A DNA stretch of 61,403 nt from an uncultured Methanosarcinales archaeon (GTDB lineage Archaea > Nanobdellota > Nanobdellia > Woesearchaeales > GW2011-AR4): positions 1 to 61,403 of the forward strand of contig CAZPFO010000005.1 in assembly GCA_964585935.1 (NCBI GenBank). Reading direction: 5' to 3'. The notes beneath the pieces were generated by a model. That model was not told where the DNA came from. It searched no databases and saw nothing but the letters and a program-made list of their open reading frames with translations. Each line of letters begins with the position of its first letter. The first letter of the stretch is position 1. This document shows positions 36,570 through 45,457 of the stretch, piece by piece. The translations under genes were made by a program, and so were the position numbers.

Positions 36570-39314
36570 GTGGTTAAAAAAAACTGGCTAGTCAGAATTG
36601 TCGTTTCGCTGTTAATTATATCTTTCTTATTCATATCTGGATCAGTGGGGCTTTTAACTGATTATTTCTGGTTTGACGCATTGGGCTTCTCGCAGATTTT
36701 TTTAATAAGCCTCCAGTCAAAGATAATTTTGTTTTTTGTCGGAGCCATAGCTTTCTTTTTATTTGCAGGCCTTAATCTATGGATTTCATCAAAACTAAAC
36801 AATGCAAAAAAGAATCTCATATCTGCTAAACTCAAACTGGTAATTGTACTTTTATTGTCATTCATGTTTGGTATAGCTGCATCTTCAAAATGGTTTATGG
36901 TACTTCAATACCTTAAACAAACACCGTTTAGCATACAGGATCCTATTTTCATGAAGGATGTTGCTTTCTATATTTTCTCATTGCCATTATTCCTGGTGTT
37001 GTGGAGCTTTGTAATGGTGTTGGTTGTTGCCACAATAATCCTTGTCTTGCTGAATTACCTCCAGTCACTGGCCTTTGGCCTTAAAAAACCAGATGCGCAA
37101 AAGCCAGAAGCTCCAAATCCGCTCGGGTCATTGCCTACCGTGCCTTCATTTGATTTCAAAGGGATATTATCTCAATTCAAGAAAAAAGCAATAGTCCATC
37201 TTGGATTACTGATATCACTTATTTTCGCTCTGCTTTCAATAAAGCATTATCTTTCACGCTTCTCAATCATGTATTCAGAAGAAGGAATTGTGGTTGGAGC
37301 AGGATATTCTGATGTTATTGCATACCTCCCGACTGTCAAGATTTTAATGGTTCTTTCGATTATTGTTGCTGTATTGTTTATTGTATGGATATTTTATTTC
37401 TCAAGAAAACCTCAATTAAAGAAACGCCATATAATGCTTTATGCGGTATTCATCTACCTGTTATTCGGTTTTATAGGCCCAACTTTAATTCCCGGGGTTG
37501 TGCAGGCATTAAAGGTTACTCCTAATGAGATAAACCTGGAAACGCCTTACATAGAGCACAATATCAAATTTACTAAGTTAGCCTATGGCCTCTCTGATGT
37601 TGAGGAAAATGATTTTTCTGTTGAGCTTGGCTTGACACCTGACGTATTGGATCGTGCCTCAGAAACGATTGATAATGTGAGGATACTGGACTGGAGGCCA
37701 TTGATAAAAACATACAAGCAGACCCAGGAGATCAGGCTGTATTATGACCTTTCAGGAATTGATATTGACAGGTATTACATCAATGGAAAATATACCCAAG
37801 TAATGCTTGCTCCTAGAGAGCTTGACCAAAACCAAATTGCAGAAAATGCCAAAACATGGGTAAATCTCCATATGGTCTATACCCATGGTATGGGGGTTGT
37901 GATGAGTCCTGTTAACTCAGTTACGAAAGAAGGAATACCTAATTTCTTTATCAAGGATATACCACCTATATATACAGTAGAGGAAGACAACCTGAAGATA
38001 TCCAGGCCACAGATATATTACGGAGAAACAGACAATGATTTTGTAATTGTAAACACAAAAACAAATGAATTTGACTATCCTCAAGGAGACACAAACCAGT
38101 ATATCAATTATGATGGTAAAGGTGGGGTTGTGCTTAACTCATTCATAAAAAAAGTGCTGATGGCTGCCAGGTTTTCTGACATCAAAATACTTTTGTCAAC
38201 AGACATAACACCTGAAAGCAAGATAATGTTCATAAGGAACATACAGCAAAGGATAAACAAGATCACTCCATTTTTGGCAATGGACGAAGACCCTTACCTG
38301 GTTATTCATGATGGCAGGCTGCTCTGGATTCAGGATGCATATACAGTTTCAGGAAATTTCCCATACTCAGAAAAGTACAACAATATAAACTATATAAGAA
38401 ATTCAGTAAAAGTGGTTGTTGATGCGTATGACGGAGATATCAAATACTATATTATCGATACTTCAGACCCACTGATAGTTACATATGCAAGAATATTCCC
38501 TAAGCAGTTTAAAAGGTTTGAGAGTATGCCAGAGAGCCTTAAAAAACACATCAGGTATCCTGTAGACCTTTTCAAAATCCAGTCATCCATATACAACACA
38601 TACCATATGGATGATGTAAAAGTATTCTATAATAAGGAGGATGCATGGCAGGTTCCTCATGAGATTTATGGTGTAGGCCAAAGAGTAAGTGTGGAGCCTT
38701 ATTATATAATAATGAAGCTGCCTGACGAGGATGAAGAGGAATTTGTGCTTATGAGTTCATTTACACCTATAAAGAAGGATAACATGATCTCGTGGATGGC
38801 AGCGCGGTCAGACGGAGAAAATTATGGAAAACTGATAGTTTACAGGTTCCCTAAAGATAAATTGATTTACGGGCCGCTGCAGATAGAGGCTAAGTTTGAC
38901 CAGGATTCTGTTATTTCAGAGCAGCTTACATTATGGTCCCAGCAGGGTTCTCAAGTTACAAGAGGGAATCTCCTTGTGATACCGATAGAAAATAGCATAC
39001 TTTACATAGAGCCATTGTACATACAGGCAGAAACAGGGCAGCTTCCTGAATTGAAAAGAGTTTTAGTTTCTGATGGAGAAAGAGTTGTGATGGAAAAAGA
39101 CCTTGCTTCTGCTTTAGAAGTCCTGTTTGGGAAAGCAAGGAAAAAAACTGTTAGTGGAGAATTAAAGCCTGAAGGCAAATCACCTGATGAGCTGGTTCAG
39201 GAGGCTGATCTATATTACAATGAGATATTAGATTCGATGAATAAACAAGATTGGGCTGGAATTGGAGATAATTTTGACAAGCTAGGCAAGGTATTGAAAG
39301 CGCTTAAAGGATAA
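36570..39314 (+). CDS. UPF0182 family membrane protein
   Basis: DYFWF, DPIFMKDVAFYIFSLP, NVRILDWRPL, HMVYTHG, NYIRNSVK, YNTYHMDD, LLVIP; GTG start. Confidence 0.92.
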   Translation: MVKKNWLVRIVVSLLIISFLFISGSVGLLTDYFWFDALGFSQIFLISLQSKIILFFVGAIAFFLFAGLNLWISSKLNNAKKNLISAKLKLVIVLLLSFMFGIAASSKWFMVLQYLKQTPFSIQDPIFMKDVAFYIFSLPLFLVLWSFVMVLVVATIILVLLNYLQSLAFGLKKPDAQKPEAPNPLGSLPTVPSFDFKGILSQFKKKAIVHLGLLISLIFALLSIKHYLSRFSIMYSEEGIVVGAGYSDVIAYLPTVKILMVLSIIVAVLFIVWIFYFSRKPQLKKRHIMLYAVFIYLLFGFIGPTLIPGVVQALKVTPNEINLETPYIEHNIKFTKLAYGLSDVEENDFSVELGLTPDVLDRASETIDNVRILDWRPLIKTYKQTQEIRLYYDLSGIDIDRYYINGKYTQVMLAPRELDQNQIAENAKTWVNLHMVYTHGMGVVMSPVNSVTKEGIPNFFIKDIPPIYTVEEDNLKISRPQIYYGETDNDFVIVNTKTNEFDYPQGDTNQYINYDGKGGVVLNSFIKKVLMAARFSDIKILLSTDITPESKIMFIRNIQQRINKITPFLAMDEDPYLVIHDGRLLWIQDAYTVSGNFPYSEKYNNINYIRNSVKVVVDAYDGDIKYYIIDTSDPLIVTYARIFPKQFKRFESMPESLKKHIRYPVDLFKIQSSIYNTYHMDDVKVFYNKEDAWQVPHEIYGVGQRVSVEPYYIIMKLPDEDEEEFVLMSSFTPIKKDNMISWMAARSDGENYGKLIVYRFPKDKLIYGPLQIEAKFDQDSVISEQLTLWSQQGSQVTRGNLLVIPIENSILYIEPLYIQAETGQLPELKRVLVSDGERVVMEKDLASALEVLFGKARKKTVSGELKPEGKSPDELVQEADLYYNEILDSMNKQDWAGIGDNFDKLGKVLKALKG

Positions 39315-39349
39315 TTAAAAAAATCAATCATTAAAGGAGGCGGTGAAGA

Positions 39350-39472
39350 ATGAGTTTTTTTCCAAAATGTCTTAAATGTGATAAAGGCGATTTAGTTCCA
39401 TTCAGCTTCAAGGAAGATGTCTTTGAGAAATGGAAATGCACTAATTGCAGCCATGAAATCTCAAAAAGGTAA
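39350..39472 (+). CDS. 40-aa zinc-ribbon microprotein
   Basis: MSFFPKCLKCDKGDLVPFSFKEDVFEKWKCTNCSHEISKR; AGGAGG/GGTGA RBS directly upstream; not in ORF track. Confidence 0.75.
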   Translation: MSFFPKCLKCDKGDLVPFSFKEDVFEKWKCTNCSHEISKR

Positions 39473-39516
39473 CATATGGTATACCATCTACTAAAAAGAA
39501 CTATAGTTTATATTTT

Positions 39517-39711
39517 TTAATCCAAAACAAGCCCGCATTTTTTACAGTAGAGTTCTCCGTTTTCATAAGCAATGCTTTCGGTATTGCAGTCAGGGCAGAC
39601 TCTCTGCTTTTCCTCGAGCTTTAAGCCTCCAAGGCTTTTTTCATTAAATACCCTTGCCATAGGCCTAACTAGGCTAATTTGATTTTTAAAGGTTTCGGAA
39701 TTTGGCACCAT
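39517..39711 (-). CDS. stand-alone TFIIB-type zinc-ribbon protein (probable start 39660)
   Basis: CPDCNTESIAYENGELYCKKCGLVL. Confidence 0.75.
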   Translation of the reverse strand: MVPNSETFKNQISLVRPMARVFNEKSLGGLKLEEKQRVCPDCNTESIAYENGELYCKKCGLVLD

Positions 39712-39756
39712 AAATCTATAAACTTAAAATTCGTGGTTTTTAGTAAATTTTAATTT

Positions 39757-40488
39757 TTATTGAGTCCAAGAATTAAAATCCCTATAAGCATCTTCACAAA
39801 AACCCCTGTAGTAAGCATCTATTGAATCGCATACAAAAGGGGCATCTGGTTTAATTAAATAAACCTCAGTTCCATCAGGTTTTTTAAAATCAAGTTTATT
39901 TTTATTAAAATAAGATACAACGCTATAATAACAATATTCTTTAAGGCCTGTTGAATATTCTTTACAAAATTCAGAGCCTTTATTATATGCTATTATATTT
40001 TCTATTTTGCATGTTATTTCAGTATGATACCTTCTGTATATATCTTCAACATCTCTAAATTGAGTATACCATTCACATGTACCCGGGTCACGGTATCTGT
40101 CAATTATTCTTTTGATACATGCCTGCCTAACATTTTTATTTTTAGAATCATCCGCAATCTCTAAACATAAACTCGGATTGTTGTCCCTAATTGCTTTTGC
40201 GTTAATGCTCAAATCCTCTTCATTAACAAAGTAAGCCATTACAATCTCTCTGCACTTTCTTCTCTGAGTTTTAATTGCATAATGTCCTGGCAACATCCCA
40301 AAAGAACCTTCATAATATCGCGTATAAATTTTAAAAAAAGGTATTTTGTTACAATAAGATAGATCACCATTCTCCCTAGCTTTGTTGGTATAATAACCTG
40401 AACTTCCAGGATAAAAAACAGCAATAAGGATTATTAGAAGGAGTAAAATAACAACTCCGATGATCAATAATATTTTTTTCCAGTTCAT
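39757..40488 (-). CDS. membrane-anchored Cys-rich surface protein
   Basis: N-terminal hydrophobic anchor; degenerate C-x(9-16)-C[YI] units related to the 16984 repeat. Confidence 0.75.
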   Translation of the reverse strand: MNWKKILLIIGVVILLLLIILIAVFYPGSSGYYTNKARENGDLSYCNKIPFFKIYTRYYEGSFGMLPGHYAIKTQRRKCREIVMAYFVNEEDLSINAKAIRDNNPSLCLEIADDSKNKNVRQACIKRIIDRYRDPGTCEWYTQFRDVEDIYRRYHTEITCKIENIIAYNKGSEFCKEYSTGLKEYCYYSVVSYFNKNKLDFKKPDGTEVYLIKPDAPFVCDSIDAYYRGFCEDAYRDFNSWTQ

Positions 40489-40523
40489 AAAGGAATCCTC
40501 AGTATTTGGCTATTTAAATTTTT

Positions 40524-40946
40524 TTATAATTTCAAATGCACTAACTCTATGCCTATTTTTTTTGCAGTCTCGAAAATTCTCTCATCGCGGTAGAATTCAC
40601 CATAGTATATTTTTTTAATGCCTGCATTAGCCATCATCTTGAAGCAGCTCCAGCAAGGAGAAGCAGTAATGTAAATCTCAGCATTATCTATGCAGACTCC
40701 GTTTTTTGCTGCCTGCAGGATTGCATTTGCTTCTGCGTGGATTGTGGCAACGCAATGGTCATTGTCCATCATATGGTCTGATTCATCGCAGTGAGGCATG
40801 CCGCGAATGCTGCCATTATAGCCTGTTGATAAAATTGTTTTATCTCTTACGATAACTGCCCCCACAAATTTCCTGTCACAAGTGCTTCTTGAAGCTACCT
40901 GCTTTGCAATGCTCATGAAATATTCTTCCCAATTCGCTCTTGTCAT
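40524..40946 (-). CDS. dCMP deaminase family protein
   Basis: RSTC...VGAVIV, STGYNG, HAEANA, SPCWSC. Confidence 0.92.
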   Translation of the reverse strand: MTRANWEEYFMSIAKQVASRSTCDRKFVGAVIVRDKTILSTGYNGSIRGMPHCDESDHMMDNDHCVATIHAEANAILQAAKNGVCIDNAEIYITASPCWSCFKMMANAGIKKIYYGEFYRDERIFETAKKIGIELVHLKL

Positions 40947-40954
40947 TTTTTAAA

Positions 40955-41500
40955 TTATTTATTTTTTATTAATTGGTCAATTTTTTTATGCAAACTTTCT
41001 AATGGACCATCATTCATTATTATTTTATCAGCTGCCTTGACACACTCGTTAAGCTGTTGCCCGGTCTTGTTTTTAAAATTTTCCCTTTCCTCCAGTTCCT
41101 TAAACTGCTCAATGGTTTTTGCATCTCCTAAACGGCCTCTTTCTTTTGACCTTTGAAACCTTAATCCTACCGGAGCGTCAACTGCTGCCAGGATAAAGCC
41201 TTTGTTTTTCCTTAATTCGTTTATTTCTTCCAGATTCCTTATACTGTCCACTGCAAAATTTTTATTTTTGTTTTCTTTTATTTTTTTATTGATTTTTTTT
41301 GCTAAATAGTTTGCTCCAGATTCTTCCCTTAACTCATTGCCGAGATTGATTAAATTTTCCCTTGTTGGCTCTAAGCATCTTTCTCCAGCCTCTTCCCTTA
41401 ATTCATCTGATAATGAGAGATAGATAAATCCTTTTTTTTTGAGGTAATTTGCAGCTTCTCCTTTTCCTGCTGCGTTTTTTCCTGTTAAGCCCAGTATCAT
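40955..41500 (-). CDS. P-loop nucleotide kinase-like protein (dephospho-CoA/NMP kinase fold)
   Basis: GLTGKNAAGKG Walker A, VDSIRNLEE, AVDAPVGLRFQR. Confidence 0.75.
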   Translation of the reverse strand: MILGLTGKNAAGKGEAANYLKKKGFIYLSLSDELREEAGERCLEPTRENLINLGNELREESGANYLAKKINKKIKENKNKNFAVDSIRNLEEINELRKNKGFILAAVDAPVGLRFQRSKERGRLGDAKTIEQFKELEERENFKNKTGQQLNECVKAADKIIMNDGPLESLHKKIDQLIKNK

Positions 41501-41955
41501 CTTATCTTCTTCTCTAATTTCTTCAATTCATCCTTGAACGAGGAAATGTCCTGGAATTCCCTGTAAACAGATGCAAACCTTATGTAAGCTACTTTGTCAA
41601 GTTTCTTGAGCTTTTTCATTATCAATTCGCCAATCTCCTTGCTCGTGATCTCTTTTTTGTTCTTTGCCTTGAGCTCTGCTTCGATACTGTCGATTGTTTT
41701 CTCAATCTCTTCCATGCTTACTGGCATTTTTTCGCATGCCTTAATAATTCCGTTCTTCAGTTTTTTGCTGTCAAAGCGCTCCCTTCTGCCGTCTTTTTTT
41801 ACAACAAAGATGTCAATTGTTTCTGTCCTTTCGTAAGTTGTGAAGCGTTTTTTGCACTTTAGACATTCTCTTCTCCTTCTTGTAACTTCCAAATCTTCAG
41901 TCTCTCTTTTATCAAGAACCTTTGTTTCAGGATTAGAGCAAAAAGCACATTTCAT
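41497..41955 (-). CDS. nrdR: transcriptional repressor NrdR
   Basis: MKCAFC...TKVLDKR...RRRRECLKCKKRFTTYE zinc ribbon + ATP-cone (VVKKDGRRERF), DKVAYIRFASVYREF. Confidence 0.96.
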   Translation of the reverse strand: MKCAFCSNPETKVLDKRETEDLEVTRRRRECLKCKKRFTTYERTETIDIFVVKKDGRRERFDSKKLKNGIIKACEKMPVSMEEIEKTIDSIEAELKAKNKKEITSKEIGELIMKKLKKLDKVAYIRFASVYREFQDISSFKDELKKLEKKIR

Positions 41956-42003
41956 TTTCTATATATAGTTGGCTTGTATTATTCGACCCCCAATATGTTG
42001 TAT
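41956..42003 (-). promoter_or_regulatory. tandem NrdR boxes upstream of nrdR operon
   Basis: Minus strand ATACAACATATTGGGG (42003-41988) and CAACTATATATAGAAA (41971-41956), cores 32 bp apart; TATA TTTAAATA at 42020-42013. Confidence 0.8.
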
Positions 42004-42075
42004 GCTGTTGTTTATTTAAAGATTTTGTTTTAAAAAACATTAACCTTAAATATAAAATAAAAAACTTAACAGGAA

Positions 42076-42987
42076 ATGAACAAAAAACCACACATTGGCG
42101 GCCAGGCTGTTATAGAAGGAGTTATGATTAAGTCCGAGGATAATTATGTTGTTTCTGTAAGGAAAAAGAAGAAGATAATAACTAAAAAAGAAAAAATAAT
42201 AAGAAAAAGACCAAAAATAAAAAAGCTGCCTTTTATCAGGGGATTTGTAAACCTGCTTGATATGCTGGTTATAGGCACAAAAACATTAATATGGTCTGCT
42301 GAGCAGCAGGAAGACAAGAAAGAAGAGAAGATAAGCAAGATGGAAATTTTTTCAATTATCGGGTTTTCTTTTTTATTCGCAATTCTTTTTTTTGTGGCGC
42401 TGCCTTATTTTCTGACTGTTTTGCTCGGAGTAAAGGAAGAAACAAAACCATTGATATTCAACTTGATAGATGGGGTTATAAGGATAAGTTTTTTCCTGCT
42501 TTATATTTTCGGGATTTCTTTTTTAAAGGATGTTAAAAGGCTTTTTCAGTATCACGGGGCTGAGCACAAGGCAGTCAATTGTTTTGAGGCTGGGAAGAAA
42601 CTCACATTGGAGAATGTTAAAAAATACTCAACTCTGCATATAAGGTGCGGTACAAATTTTATAATGATAACTTTAATAATAAGCATACTTGCCTTTTCAA
42701 TCATACCTGCGGTTGTGATGTATTCATTTCCCGGCTTTCTGGAGTTTAATTTATGGCTCAGGAAAATTATTTTGTTTTTGTTGAGGTTAACGATGCTGCC
42801 CCTGGTAGCAGGAACTTCTTATGAGTTCATAAAGTTAAGCGACAAATTCAAGAATAACAAGATAATGACTGCTGCATCAAAGCCCGGCCTTTGGCTGCAA
42901 AAAATAACAACAAAAGAGCCAAATAAGAATCAGATTGAGGTTGCTATATCTTCAGTAAAGAGCATATTATCACTGGAAAAAAAATAA
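42076..42987 (+). CDS. DUF1385 family membrane protein (putative metalloenzyme)
   Basis: IGGQAVIEGVM, PFIRG, FQYHGAEHK, RCGTNF, LQKITTKEP. Confidence 0.9.
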   Translation: MNKKPHIGGQAVIEGVMIKSEDNYVVSVRKKKKIITKKEKIIRKRPKIKKLPFIRGFVNLLDMLVIGTKTLIWSAEQQEDKKEEKISKMEIFSIIGFSFLFAILFFVALPYFLTVLLGVKEETKPLIFNLIDGVIRISFFLLYIFGISFLKDVKRLFQYHGAEHKAVNCFEAGKKLTLENVKKYSTLHIRCGTNFIMITLIISILAFSIIPAVVMYSFPGFLEFNLWLRKIILFLLRLTMLPLVAGTSYEFIKLSDKFKNNKIMTAASKPGLWLQKITTKEPNKNQIEVAISSVKSILSLEKK

Positions 42988-43003
42988 AAAAGAAAAAAAG
43001 AAA

Positions 43004-43258
43004 TTATTTTTTCTTTTTCTTGCCTTTTTTCCTGCCTCTCTGCATCTTTGTCTCTACAACGTTTCCTTTCTTGTCAAGATAGTACAGGCAGCCATCTTTT
43101 CTCTTGATTCCTGCTTTATAGACAACATCCTGTTTTTTGCTTGTCTTTTTGCCTGCTCTTGCCATCTGGACACGAGCTACATTTCCTTTCTTGTCCAAGA
43201 AATAGAGATATCCTTTTGCTCTTTTTACACCACATTTACATACTACTTTTCCTGCCAT
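43004..43258 (-). CDS. small very basic protein with internal duplication
   Basis: Two copies of K.G.KR..G.LY.LDKKGNV....M.R; poly-Lys tail; GGAGGT RBS. Confidence 0.85.
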   Translation of the reverse strand: MAGKVVCKCGVKRAKGYLYFLDKKGNVARVQMARAGKKTSKKQDVVYKAGIKRKDGCLYYLDKKGNVVETKMQRGRKKGKKKKK

Positions 43259-43384
43259 TTAGATTACCTCCTCTTTACTTTTTAAGACGATAAACCACCC
43301 GTCTTGTTAACGAGAAAATAATGAGGTTGTATTTAAAGGTTTCGGATTTCCGACGGTAAAAGGAAAATTTGAAGTATAAAATTT

Positions 43385-44644
43385 TTAACAAAAATCACTC
43401 AATCCTCTCTGCGTATGCTTTTCTTTTGTCTTTTCTTCTTTTGCCGCTTTATTTTCAAAGACCGGCTCGCCGTAAACACCATCATAACCCGGCTTTATTT
43501 TTATTTTACCCTCTCGGTTTTTTATTATTGCATCTGCAATCTTTTCATCAGTTGTTTTTTTCAGCTCATCAAGGGAAACGTCTAATAAAATTTTAAGTTC
43601 TGAGCCAAATTTGCTTATCAGGTTATTATATTCCTTCCATGTCTTTTGGGTTGCAACAGCGCAGCCAATAATGCTGGATATTATTTCTGACAGGGGGATT
43701 AAAGATTTGAATGGAACTGTATCTTTGGGCTTGTACCCTTCTTCGCGGTCTGCTAATTCCTCTATCCTGTTAAGAACACCTATGGTCAAGTTCCTTCCGC
43801 ATTTTGGGCAGATTCCTTTGTATTTTATTGTATCTTCTGGCTCTAAGCAGATATTGCATGCCCTGTGCCCATCCAGATGGTATTTCCCATAATTTGGATC
43901 AACTTCTATTGTCTCTACCAGCCCTTCTTTTGTCTTTAGGGCTTTGATTAAATTATCGTAGCTCAACTCTATGTCAAAAACAGTTGCTTCCCGTCCAATG
44001 CGCCAAGGCCAAAATGAATGCAGGTCAGAGAAGCTAACCAGGCTGAATTTATCTAATTGGGATAATCTCCAGTTCATTGCAGGGTCTGAACTTAATCCTG
44101 TTTCCAAAGCATGTATATGTTTTGTCTGGTCTTTAAAGCATTCTTCAACTGAATTAAAGCCGGAGTTCGATCCAAATAAAGAGAACCATGGAGTCCAAAT
44201 ATGGGCGGGGATTATTTCAATATCCTTGTCTACATCTTTCATCATCTCGACAAATTCTATGCAGGATGTTCCAAAAATCGGCCTGCCGTCGTAATCAAGC
44301 CTTCCTTTTTTTAACAAAGCTGCGTTAATCTGCTCAACAATATCAAAGTTTTTTGCAAGGACAATATTATGCACCCTTCTTCCTTTCCCATCCTGGGAGT
44401 ATATCAAAGATATCTCTGTCTGCAGCATAAAATTAAATCCTGTTTTTGTTTTTAAAATTCCAGAGCCGTCTTCTGTTAATTCATTTTTTAATTCCCTGAG
44501 CCATTCAGGATGTGTAAAATCTCCTGTGCCTAAAAGATTAAGCCCTTTTATTTTTGCGTATTTCTCAAGGTTCTGGATGTTAAGGCTTTTGGATGTTGCC
44601 CTGCTGAACCTTGAATGGATATGCAAGTCAGATACCAGTTTCAT
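43385..44644 (-). CDS. endonuclease Q family (PHP domain + zinc motif)
   Basis: DLHIHSRFSRATS, GTGDFTHP, PAHIWTPWFS, ETGLSSDP, SDLHS, YHLDGHRACNIC, CPKCG. Confidence 0.9.
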   Translation of the reverse strand: MKLVSDLHIHSRFSRATSKSLNIQNLEKYAKIKGLNLLGTGDFTHPEWLRELKNELTEDGSGILKTKTGFNFMLQTEISLIYSQDGKGRRVHNIVLAKNFDIVEQINAALLKKGRLDYDGRPIFGTSCIEFVEMMKDVDKDIEIIPAHIWTPWFSLFGSNSGFNSVEECFKDQTKHIHALETGLSSDPAMNWRLSQLDKFSLVSFSDLHSFWPWRIGREATVFDIELSYDNLIKALKTKEGLVETIEVDPNYGKYHLDGHRACNICLEPEDTIKYKGICPKCGRNLTIGVLNRIEELADREEGYKPKDTVPFKSLIPLSEIISSIIGCAVATQKTWKEYNNLISKFGSELKILLDVSLDELKKTTDEKIADAIIKNREGKIKIKPGYDGVYGEPVFENKAAKEEKTKEKHTQRGLSDFC

Positions 44645-44762
44645 ATCAATAGGGGTTTTGGCTGTTTATTTATATGTTTTTATTTGTTTTTTATCAAAAT
44701 TTAATTGAATTTTTAATTTTTACACAAAATTTAAATACAAAGATAATCTAAAATTACTTAAC

Positions 44763-45422
44763 ATGTCTATTTTACAAAGTTACAGCAAAAATGATGTAGT
44801 CCATTTTAATAAAGATATTGTCCAGGTTGTAAGAATAGCAAAAGAGATTGACAGGTTTTACGGCAGGTGCGAGTGTGATATTGACAAGTATCTTCCAAAG
44901 TATAAAAAATTCATTGAGTCTTTTAATAAGAAATACAAGGGCGTTGAAATAAAGGTCAGGGTTTGCCTGGATTGTATAAAGACCCGGCTTTTATTAAAAA
45001 GCGAGAGTATAAGGAAAATTTTTGATGATGCTGCTTCTAAGGTAATAGGGCTTAAGGCTGTAGGCGTTGCAAGGTTCAATATTGTGGATGTGACTGACGG
45101 CAACGGCTTTATCAAGGAAGTTGACAAGGGTAAAAAGCAGCTGCATATAACCTATTATGATCCTGAACTAGGCATAAGGTGTGTTTTCTTAAGCTGCGAT
45201 GAAAAGGAAAAAATGGTTGAGCTGCATTATGATGATAAGCAAATTGTTCTGGATAACAGCCCTGAATTTAAGATTGCATGTTTTTATGCCTTAAAAGATG
45301 GCTTTGACAGGAAGATAAAGATACATGAGGAAGGAGCAACTTTCGGCTTTGATGATTTGCTGAGTGAAAGGGAGAAAGCTGAATGGTTCCATGAGAAGCT
45401 GAATCCTAATGTTTTGGAGTGA
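44763..45422 (+). CDS. hypothetical protein
   Basis: 219-aa ORF with host-like composition, divergent from EndoQ. Confidence 0.7.
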   Translation: MSILQSYSKNDVVHFNKDIVQVVRIAKEIDRFYGRCECDIDKYLPKYKKFIESFNKKYKGVEIKVRVCLDCIKTRLLLKSESIRKIFDDAASKVIGLKAVGVARFNIVDVTDGNGFIKEVDKGKKQLHITYYDPELGIRCVFLSCDEKEKMVELHYDDKQIVLDNSPEFKIACFYALKDGFDRKIKIHEEGATFGFDDLLSEREKAEWFHEKLNPNVLE

Positions 45423-45457
45423 AAAGTAGTGTAGTTAGTTTGAGAATTCTTATTTTT

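Noticed and set aside
43385-44644. Candidate missing Mre11 partner for Rad50
   Set aside because: Motifs are PHP/EndoQ type (HIH, GTGDFTHP, zinc Cys), not calcineurin-like DxH/GD/GNHD
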